Positions 1-7,751 of a stretch of DNA of 64,000 nucleotides are shown in pieces; position 1 is the first letter of the stretch; each line of letters starts with the position of its first letter. The notes beneath the pieces are model-generated. The model ran no database searches, had not been told where the DNA came from, and saw nothing but the letters and a program-made list of their open reading frames with translations. The stretch is from Candidatus Nomurabacteria bacterium (GTDB lineage Bacteria > Patescibacteriota > Minisyncoccia > Phycocordibacterales > UBA9973): NCBI GenBank assembly GCA_023267215.1, contig JAHFNS010000001.1:22043-86042 (forward strand), given 5' to 3'. Position numbers and translations under genes: made by a program.

Positions 1-4
1 TATT

Positions 5-1564
5 TTGAAGTCTGAAGGTATTCACACAAGTATAGCCGAGAAATTCAAAGGTGTACCAGAAGATGTTATGTCTTATATGAAAGATCTGTCTATTAAGGCA
101 TCCAGTGAATTTGCAAAAGCTCAAGGTTTAGATAGAGAGTTGCAAAAACTTAAATCTAAACCTGAAGCTGAGGCTTTGTTGGTAAATAAAACTGCAGAAG
201 AAAATTCTGAAGAATTTGGGATTGTTAATTTTAAATCTGATTTTGTGTCCAACAAAAAAGAAGTTTCTTTTGTAATGGCAAAATATTTTGTTAGTAAATA
301 TCATATTAAAACAATTGGTCAAAAAATTCGTGATATTTATATATATGAAAATGGTGTTTATGTATTAGGTCAAAATATAATAACGTCTGAAATTCAATTA
401 ATACTTGAAAAAAATGCTGACAGTAAATGCAAAAACCATATCCTAGAAATGATTAAGGATTTAACCTTAACAAATAGAGAAGATTTTAAGGTGGACAAAA
501 ATTTGATCAACTTAAATAACGGAATCTTGAATATAGAAACTGAAGAATTAATCCCTCATAGTCCAGAATATTTATTTTTTACCAAAATACCCATCAATTA
601 CAATAAAGATGCCCAATGTCCTATAATTCAAAGATTCTTAAATGAAATACTACCAGAAGAGCATGTAAAAATAGTTTTTGAATGGTTTGGGTACTGTCTT
701 TACAGGTCTTATTTTATTAAAAAAGCCATTATATTTGTTGGTGAAAGAGATACTGGAAAATCTACTCTTATAAAATTATTTGTAAGGTTAATTGGTGTTG
801 AAAATACCTCGGTGGTATCTTTACAAAAAATATCTTCTGATAAATTTGCTTCGTCTAATTTATATAATAAACATATAAATGTTTATGATGATCTTGAAGC
901 TAAGGATGTGAATGATAATGGTATGTTTAAAATAGCTACTGGTGATGGAATAATAACTGGTGAAAAAAAGTTTAATGAACAATTTCAATTTCAGAATTAT
1001 GCAAAATTAACTTTTGCTTGTAATAAAATCCCGGAAGTAAAAGATATTAATGATCCAGCATATTTTAGTCGATGGATTATTATACCGTTTACAGCACGAA
1101 TAGAAAAAGTAGATAAATCTCTTAGCGACAAAATTAATACACCAGAAGAATTATCTGGCTTATTAAACATGGCTATTCTTGGTCTATCTGAGATCTTAGC
1201 AAAACAAGATTTTAGTTATAACAAGACGCCAGATGAAATAAAAATAGAAATGTTGCTTTCTGGATCTACAATAGCTAATTTTGCATATGAATGCCTTGAG
1301 GAGGATATTGGTTCATGGGTTAGTAAGGATGATATGTATGAAGAATATTCAAAATATGCTCAATCTAATAACTTACCAGTATTTGATAAAACAATGTTAG
1401 GCAGGAAACTTCCTGATCATAGTGGATATATTATCCATGGAACAAAACTAATAGGCAAAAAACAAGTTCAAGGCTGGAAAAATGTAAAAATTAAAGGAAA
1501 AAAAGAAACTTCTGACCAAGAGGGATATGAGGGTGATTTATCAATGTTTAATACAAATAATTAA
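5..1564 (+). CDS. Phage/plasmid primase, P4-family C-terminal NTPase (D5-like), 5'-truncated by the window edge.
   Basis: Walker A motif VGERDTGKSTL followed by DDLE (Walker B-like). The ORF is open at the window start. Confidence 0.55.
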   Translation: MKSEGIHTSIAEKFKGVPEDVMSYMKDLSIKASSEFAKAQGLDRELQKLKSKPEAEALLVNKTAEENSEEFGIVNFKSDFVSNKKEVSFVMAKYFVSKYHIKTIGQKIRDIYIYENGVYVLGQNIITSEIQLILEKNADSKCKNHILEMIKDLTLTNREDFKVDKNLINLNNGILNIETEELIPHSPEYLFFTKIPINYNKDAQCPIIQRFLNEILPEEHVKIVFEWFGYCLYRSYFIKKAIIFVGERDTGKSTLIKLFVRLIGVENTSVVSLQKISSDKFASSNLYNKHINVYDDLEAKDVNDNGMFKIATGDGIITGEKKFNEQFQFQNYAKLTFACNKIPEVKDINDPAYFSRWIIIPFTARIEKVDKSLSDKINTPEELSGLLNMAILGLSEILAKQDFSYNKTPDEIKIEMLLSGSTIANFAYECLEEDIGSWVSKDDMYEEYSKYAQSNNLPVFDKTMLGRKLPDHSGYIIHGTKLIGKKQVQGWKNVKIKGKKETSDQEGYEGDLSMFNTNN

Positions 1565-1693
1565 TTATATGAATATAAAATTTCTAATATATGACTTTAA
1601 ATTTACTATCTTATCTCTCTTTTGGAAAATAAAAAAATGAAAAAAGATGAAATACCCCCTTTTAAGGGTTCATTAATTTAAAAAGTAAAACAT

Positions 1694-2005
1694 ATGGAAA
1701 CAACTACTAAAACTACTAAAACTCCGAAAGCAAAGCAAAAATGGGGAAGATTCAAGTTTCCTTCAAGGCCAGAAGTGTACGAAAAATTCTCAAAATGGAT
1801 GGCCTATCCACCGTCAACTAGAGATCCAAAAACTCAAGGAGAATTTGCAAAATTGAATGAAGTTTCCCCTGACACATTGAGCGACTATAAAAAGAGACCA
1901 GAATTTTGGAAACTTGTAGCAGATAATAAGCAAAAACTACAATGGGAAATTGAAAGCAACCAATTATTGGATCGGGCTTTTAAGGATATGGAAAAAGAAA
2001 GTTAA
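1694..2005 (+). CDS. Hypothetical protein (mobile-element cargo)
   Basis: 103-aa ORF co-oriented with the primase and recombinase. No recognisable motif. Confidence 0.3.
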   Translation: METTTKTTKTPKAKQKWGRFKFPSRPEVYEKFSKWMAYPPSTRDPKTQGEFAKLNEVSPDTLSDYKKRPEFWKLVADNKQKLQWEIESNQLLDRAFKDMEKES

Positions 2006-2018
2006 TTAAAAACATTCA

Positions 2019-2210
2019 ATGCTGATCCAAGACATAACAAAAGAAAAAGTACGAATTAGACGGCCTAAAAGGCTAATAGTACCAACTTTGTCTTTTCATA
2101 TGGTTGAGGGAGCATCAGAAGGGGAGATTCAGCGAAGATTAGACAGCGCTTTTAATATTCTTTTTACAGAAGTTTTTAAAAATAACAAGGGTGTGGATAA
2201 ACCCATTTGA
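2019..2210 (+). CDS. Hypothetical small protein
   Basis: 63-aa ORF within the element. Its end overlaps the next ORF by 4 nt (ATGA-type coupling). Confidence 0.2.
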   Translation: MLIQDITKEKVRIRRPKRLIVPTLSFHMVEGASEGEIQRRLDSAFNILFTEVFKNNKGVDKPI

Positions 2211-2425
2211 CAATTATAGACAACTTCGTATATACTTTATTTATGGAATTTTTAACACGAAAAGAAGTAGCAAAATATTTTAGGGTTCACGAAAGAACCG
2301 TTGATCGCTGGATTGAAAGCGGTGTTTTAAAGAGCTATAAACTTGGAGATGGTAGAACATCACTTTTACGAATACCAAAATCTGAAATTAAAAAGTTTTT
2401 AGATAAAAGTAAAAATAAAAAATGA
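2207..2425 (+). CDS. Helix-turn-helix DNA-binding protein, excisionase (Xis)/MerR-like
   Basis: The segment TRKEVAKYFRVHERTVDRWIESGVLKSYKLG is a typical excisionase-family HTH. It sits immediately upstream of the recombinase and overlaps it by 4 nt. Confidence 0.55.
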   Translation: MTIIDNFVYTLFMEFLTRKEVAKYFRVHERTVDRWIESGVLKSYKLGDGRTSLLRIPKSEIKKFLDKSKNKK

Positions 2426-4077
2426 TAGAAGAAATTAAAAAACAAAATAAACTGATAGCAGTTTATGGAAGAGTCTCAACTTCAAACCAAGAAAATGAAG
2501 GCACTATTGAAACTCAACTTTCGGCCGTAAATCAATTTGCTGAAAAGAGTGGTTTTACTATTGTTCAAAAATATATTGATAACGGGTGGAGTGGCGATTC
2601 ACTTGCTCGTCCGGCCCTAGATCAGATGCGTGGAGATGCGAAAAAGAAAATCTGGGATGCGGTTTTAATCTATGACCCTGATCGTCTGGCCCGCCGATAT
2701 TCTTATCAAGAATTAGTAATGGATGAGTTAAAAGAAGCGGGCGTTGATGTGCTTTTTGTTACTATTCCGGAAGCTAAAAATGATGAAGATAAAATAATGT
2801 ATGGAATGAGAGGTTTATTTTCTCAATATGAAAGAATGAAAATAGCTGAACGATTTAGGCTTGGCAAGGTTCGCAAGGCAAGAGAAGGGCATATTATCGT
2901 GAGCGAGGCGCCTTATGGCTATACCTTTATATTAAAGAAGGGAAAAAGAGGGGACGCGGATTTTCTTCAAGGCCATTATGTGATTAATGAATACGAGGCG
3001 CAGATAGTTAAAAATATATTTTCTTGGGTAGACGATGAAGGATTGAGACTAAGAGGGATTGTTAAAAAACTTCAAGAACTTGGTATTCCTCCTCGTAAAA
3101 GTAAAAGAGGCGTTTGGAATACAAGCACCTTGAGTACTCTGTTAAGAAATAGAACTTATATTGGCGAAGGACACTATGGAGCGTCCTATGCCACTGTGCC
3201 AGTGAATCCAATTAAAAAAGAAGGTTACAGGAAAATTAAAAAAACTAGCCGAAGAATGAAACCAGAAAATGAATGGATCATAATAAAAACACCTAAAATT
3301 TTGGATAAAGATTTATTTGATAGAGTTGGGCAAAAGTTAAAAACAAATTTTCTATTGTCTTCTAGAAACACTAAGAATGAATATCTTTTGGCTGGTAAGA
3401 TTTGGTGTAATTGTGGTAAAAGGCGAGCCGGCGAGGGTCCACAAAGAGGAAAGCATTTATACTATCGCTGTACTGATCGAATTAAAAGTTTTCCTTTAGA
3501 ACATAAATGTAAAGAGAAGGGTTTAAATGCAAAGATATTAGATCCCCTTGTTTGGCAAGGACTTGTGAATCTTATGAGTTCTCCGAATCTATTGGTTAAA
3601 CAAATGGAAAGCTGGTTTAGTAGCCAGAATAAAGGAACCAGTACTTCAATAATAAATATTAAGGAAACAAAAAAGGAAATTGTGAAGCTAGAAGATCAAG
3701 TGAGTCGTTACGCCAAAGCTTATGGAGTTGGAACAATTAATCTTGATCAGCTTAAAGAATATACAAACCCTATTAAAGAAAGTATATCTTTATTTAATAA
3801 TCAGATAACTAAGGCAGAATCAGAGAGCGGACAAACATACGAGGCATTATCACCGAAATTAAATGAGATAGAAAACCTTGCGAAAGCATCAGAAGGACTC
3901 CGTAACTTGAAATTTGAGGCAAAAAAGGCGATAGTTAGAGATATTATAGATAGAGTGGTCGGAACAAGAGAAAATTTACAAGTTTATGGATATATTCCAA
4001 TAGTATCAAATATCAATGTCTTCTCTTTCAATCGGAATTGTGGGGTTGCCAAATGTCGGGAAATCAACGCTATTTAA
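2422..4077 (+). CDS. Large serine recombinase (integrase)
   Basis: N-terminal resolvase catalytic domain (AVYGRVSTSNQ with the catalytic Ser, then DNGWSGDSLARP), recombinase domain, Cys-rich zinc ribbon (CNCGKR...YYRCTD) and C-terminal coiled coil. GC content is higher than flanking genes. Confidence 0.85.
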   Translation: MIEEIKKQNKLIAVYGRVSTSNQENEGTIETQLSAVNQFAEKSGFTIVQKYIDNGWSGDSLARPALDQMRGDAKKKIWDAVLIYDPDRLARRYSYQELVMDELKEAGVDVLFVTIPEAKNDEDKIMYGMRGLFSQYERMKIAERFRLGKVRKAREGHIIVSEAPYGYTFILKKGKRGDADFLQGHYVINEYEAQIVKNIFSWVDDEGLRLRGIVKKLQELGIPPRKSKRGVWNTSTLSTLLRNRTYIGEGHYGASYATVPVNPIKKEGYRKIKKTSRRMKPENEWIIIKTPKILDKDLFDRVGQKLKTNFLLSSRNTKNEYLLAGKIWCNCGKRRAGEGPQRGKHLYYRCTDRIKSFPLEHKCKEKGLNAKILDPLVWQGLVNLMSSPNLLVKQMESWFSSQNKGTSTSIINIKETKKEIVKLEDQVSRYAKAYGVGTINLDQLKEYTNPIKESISLFNNQITKAESESGQTYEALSPKLNEIENLAKASEGLRNLKFEAKKAIVRDIIDRVVGTRENLQVYGYIPIVSNINVFSFNRNCGVAKCREINAI

Positions 4078-5014
4078 TGCGCTGACCAAAAAGAGCGTAC
4101 CGGCGGAAAATTATCCTTTTTGTACTATTGATCCATCAGTAGGTATCGTGCCTGTGCCAGATGAAAGAGTGCAAAAACTTTCAGATTTTTCAAAATCTAA
4201 AAAAACCATTCCGGCTGTTATAGAATTTGTGGATATAGCAGGACTTGTAGCTGGAGCATCAAAGGGAGAAGGTTTAGGAAATAAATTTCTGACTAATATA
4301 CGTGAAGTAGATGCTATCGCACATGTCGTGCGTACTTTCGAAGACAATTCTGTCATTCATGTTGCAAACAAAGTAGATCCAATGCAAGACATTGGAGTTA
4401 TAAATCTAGAACTCGTCTTGGCTGATTTTGAAACCATTACGAAAAGAATGGGAACCTTGGGGAAAGATCTAAAGAAGGGAGACAAAGAGGCTATTCTCGA
4501 AGAAGCTATTTTGAAAAAGTTAGCAAAGGTTTTTGAAGAAGGGAAAATGGCAACTGAAGCAAATTTAAATGATGATGAAAGATTTAAAATAAAATCTTTA
4601 AATTTGCTCACCTTGAAACCAATGCTTTATGTTTTGAATGTTTCAGAGGCGAACGAAAATATGGAAGTAGAGTTACCGAAAGGAAGTTTGTCAGTAAAGG
4701 TAGATCCAGTGTTTGAAAAAGGTTTTGATGAATTGATAAAACAAAGTTACACCCTTTTAGGTTTGGAGACTTTTCTTACTACAGGAGAAGATGAGACTCG
4801 CGCTTGGACTATAAAGATTGGTTCTACAGCACCTGTCGCAGGTATGGCTATACATACAGATTTCAAAGATAAATTTATACGGGCAGAAGTGATAGGCTGG
4901 GAGAAATTATTAGAAGCTGGTTCGAGAGCAAAGGCAAAAGAAAAAGGCTGGGTTAGAACAGAAGGGAAAGAGTATATTGTAAAAGACGGTGACGTTATAG
5001 AATTTTTGATATAA
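4016..5014 (+). CDS. ychF: Ribosome-binding ATPase YchF
   Basis: G1 motif GIVGLPNVGKSTLFNALT near the N-terminus, a G-domain and a C-terminal TGS-like region. Confidence 0.85.
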   Translation: MSSLSIGIVGLPNVGKSTLFNALTKKSVPAENYPFCTIDPSVGIVPVPDERVQKLSDFSKSKKTIPAVIEFVDIAGLVAGASKGEGLGNKFLTNIREVDAIAHVVRTFEDNSVIHVANKVDPMQDIGVINLELVLADFETITKRMGTLGKDLKKGDKEAILEEAILKKLAKVFEEGKMATEANLNDDERFKIKSLNLLTLKPMLYVLNVSEANENMEVELPKGSLSVKVDPVFEKGFDELIKQSYTLLGLETFLTTGEDETRAWTIKIGSTAPVAGMAIHTDFKDKFIRAEVIGWEKLLEAGSRAKAKEKGWVRTEGKEYIVKDGDVIEFLI

Positions 5015-5018
5015 ATGT

Positions 5019-6128
5019 ATGTTTAAGCGAATTTATTTTTTCTTTTTTACTTATATGTCGGCAATGTATTTTGCTCAAACATTGCTTGTCTTTTGGATTT
5101 TTAAAAATGGTTTTGGTTTTTCTGATCTGATTATTTTTTACTTAATTTCTTATGTGGTTGCTTTATTTTTTATTTTTCTTTTTCCACATTATAAATTTAA
5201 ATCAAAAAATTCTATTTTATATGGTGCTATATTTAGCGCTTTCAGTGTTTTAGTTTTAATAAAAATATTTAACCCTACTCAACTTTACCTTTCAGCAATT
5301 TTTAGTGGATTAAATATTATATTCTTCTGGATACCTTACAATATTATGCATTTTAAATATAGCGATGAAGAGAAAAGAGGTAGGCACAGTGGAATATATT
5401 TTTTAGCCACACCTATTATTGGTATTACTTTACAGCCTTTGACGGGAATCGTAGCAGAAAAGTTTGGTTTTGAAGTTATGTTTTTGATAGGAATTTTATT
5501 ATATTCTGTTCCCATATTTTTAATTAGATATCTTCCTCAATTTGAATGGGATTTAAATATAAAAAAAGAATTTTTGGCTCTCAAATTTAATTTCTCAACT
5601 TTTTTTCAAGGTATAACCTCTAGGGTTAGTTGGACATTGATTCCAATTTTTACTTTATTTTTTATAAAAACACCAAGCCAATTTGGTAGATTTTTCGGAT
5701 ATCTTGCATTGGTGACAGCTATTGCATCTGTGATTAATGGACATATTTCTGACAAAATGAAAAATAGAAGATATTTTTTCTATTTTTTTAGCTCTTTAGC
5801 GGTACTTAGTTTTCTACCTTTAGCTTTTGTGGAAAATTCATACTGTTGGGGTATTTTTGCTGGAATAAGTAGTTTATGTTTAAGTTTAGCAAATCCTTCT
5901 TGGCTCACATTTAATTTAGATTATTACAAAGAATTAGGGGTAGAAAAAAGTATAGTATTAAGAGAAGTTTTTCTAAATTTAGGTTATTTTTTTAATTTAT
6001 TTTTAGTATCTTTAATTTTTTATTTTACTTCTTCAACCAAGATTAGTTTATTGGTGATCTCTATATTGTGTTGTCTTTTGCCAGTTGTTTCTTATCTACA
6101 AGGGGTTTATCATGCTAAGATTAATTAA
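5019..6128 (+). CDS. Polytopic membrane protein, possibly an MFS-like transporter
   Basis: About 10-12 hydrophobic segments and a GRHSG motif between helices. Confidence 0.35.
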   Translation: MFKRIYFFFFTYMSAMYFAQTLLVFWIFKNGFGFSDLIIFYLISYVVALFFIFLFPHYKFKSKNSILYGAIFSAFSVLVLIKIFNPTQLYLSAIFSGLNIIFFWIPYNIMHFKYSDEEKRGRHSGIYFLATPIIGITLQPLTGIVAEKFGFEVMFLIGILLYSVPIFLIRYLPQFEWDLNIKKEFLALKFNFSTFFQGITSRVSWTLIPIFTLFFIKTPSQFGRFFGYLALVTAIASVINGHISDKMKNRRYFFYFFSSLAVLSFLPLAFVENSYCWGIFAGISSLCLSLANPSWLTFNLDYYKELGVEKSIVLREVFLNLGYFFNLFLVSLIFYFTSSTKISLLVISILCCLLPVVSYLQGVYHAKIN

Positions 6129-6130
6129 AT

Positions 6131-7069
6131 ATGAAAAACAAAATGAAAAAAGAAATTAAAATTTTTTGTGCAAAAGATTGGTCCGATTATGAAATGCTCG
6201 ATACTGGGGATGGGGAGAAGTTGGAACGTTTTGGTCCACATGTTTTTGTGCGTCCTTATGAAGATGCTGTTTGGAAAAAAACTTTGAGTGAAAAAGAATG
6301 GGGGAAAGCAGATGGAAAATTCTGGAGTTCTAAAGTTGGGGCGAAAGCTGGATGGAAATTTACCAAGGGGAACCCTTGGGGAAACTCTCTTAAGGGTTCC
6401 CCTTTAAAATGGGAGATGGAATACAAGGGTATAAAATTTTTAGCTTCGCCTACGCCTTTTCGACATTTGAGTTTTTTTCCTGAACAGGCAAGTCATTGGG
6501 ATTTTATCGAAAAAGAAATTTCCCGAGGGTTATCCTCGGGAAGAAGAATTAAATTTCTGAATTTATTTGGTTATACGGGTGTTGCGAGTTTATTTGCTTT
6601 GCGAGCTGGTGCGGAAGTGACACACATAGATGCTTCCAAACAAACATTGGAACAAGTAAAAGAAAATCAAAAGCTCAATGGTTTTGAAAAAATGCCTATG
6701 CGAATTATCTTGGATGATGTTATGAAATTCTTGGAACGTGAAATAAAAAGAGGAAATAAATATGACGCTGTGATAATGGATCCACCAAAATTTGGACGTG
6801 GTCCAAAAGGGGAAATTTGGAAAATAGAAAAAGACTTACCGAAACTTCTTGGAGAAGTACGAAAAGTTTTGAGTGACAAACCTCTTTTTGTAATATTAAA
6901 TTCTTATGCCATAGATTCATCTTCGCTTTCACTTGGTTATGCGCTAGAAGATGCCATGAAGGGGCTCAAAGGGGAAGTCACATCTGGCGAGCTTTGTTTA
7001 CTAGAAAAATCTAACGGCAGAAATATCTCTCTTTCAAATACAGCCATTTGGGAAAATTATGACAATTAA
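6131..7069 (+). CDS. Class I SAM-dependent RNA methyltransferase (RlmI/YccW-like)
   Basis: FGYTGVASLFALRAGA (motif I) and DAVIMDPPKF (DPPKF motif IV), as in RlmI-family methyltransferases. Confidence 0.6.
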   Translation: MKNKMKKEIKIFCAKDWSDYEMLDTGDGEKLERFGPHVFVRPYEDAVWKKTLSEKEWGKADGKFWSSKVGAKAGWKFTKGNPWGNSLKGSPLKWEMEYKGIKFLASPTPFRHLSFFPEQASHWDFIEKEISRGLSSGRRIKFLNLFGYTGVASLFALRAGAEVTHIDASKQTLEQVKENQKLNGFEKMPMRIILDDVMKFLEREIKRGNKYDAVIMDPPKFGRGPKGEIWKIEKDLPKLLGEVRKVLSDKPLFVILNSYAIDSSSLSLGYALEDAMKGLKGEVTSGELCLLEKSNGRNISLSNTAIWENYDN

Positions 7070-7161
7070 AAGATTTTAAGAGTCGTGTTGGTTCCCTGTC
7101 CTCACGGACTCCGAGGGCGAAGGCTCAGAAATCTTTTGAATTATGATAATTTTCATAATTT

Positions 7162-7728
7162 TTGTGTTATAATATTTATATGGAAACAAAACCAAAAGTC
7201 TTAAAGTGGGCTCTTATTATAGGTATTGTAGTGGTTTTAAATTTATTCTTTAATTATACTATTTCTCTATTTTATAAAGAGCCAGATTATAATGCTTATT
7301 TTCCACAGCAACAGGTCATTGAGCCGATAACTACTAGAGAAGCTTGTCTTGCTGTCGGTGGGCAATGGACAGAAAATCCGACTTATTATAAAGAGGGAAC
7401 AAACATTCCAGTTCCAGCTGGTTCTTCTCAAGTAAACAGTTATTGCAATCCTGATTTTACTAAACAGCAACAATTCAGTGAGGCACAGAAAGTTTATCAA
7501 AGAACGATTTTTATAATCCTTGTTATTTTGGGAGTGCTTTCACTTGTCACAGGAGCATTTATTGCTAATGAAATCGTTACCTTGGGCTTATCTTGGGGTG
7601 GAGTGCTCTCACTTGTCATCGCTTCTATGCGATATTGGTCTTCAGCTGACAATTTGATTAGAGTTTTGATTCTTGGTTTTGCTCTGGCAATACTCATTTG
7701 GTTAGCAGTTAAAAAATTTGGGAAATAA
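7162..7728 (+). CDS. Hypothetical membrane protein
   Basis: N-terminal TM helix plus C-terminal hydrophobic segments. Confidence 0.3.
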   Translation: MCYNIYMETKPKVLKWALIIGIVVVLNLFFNYTISLFYKEPDYNAYFPQQQVIEPITTREACLAVGGQWTENPTYYKEGTNIPVPAGSSQVNSYCNPDFTKQQQFSEAQKVYQRTIFIILVILGVLSLVTGAFIANEIVTLGLSWGGVLSLVIASMRYWSSADNLIRVLILGFALAILIWLAVKKFGK

Positions 7729-7751
7729 AACATTCTGACATTCTCAAGAAT

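Larger units (their letters stand above)
5..4077 (+). mobile_element. Right-hand portion of an integrated mobile element (primase/NTPase, cargo ORFs, Xis-like HTH, large serine recombinase). The left boundary lies outside the window.
   Basis: Co-directional module of P4-type primase NTPase, small ORFs, HTH excisionase-like protein and serine recombinase. The recombinase gene is GC-richer than its neighbours. The recombinase 3' end overlaps the ychF start. Confidence 0.6.
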
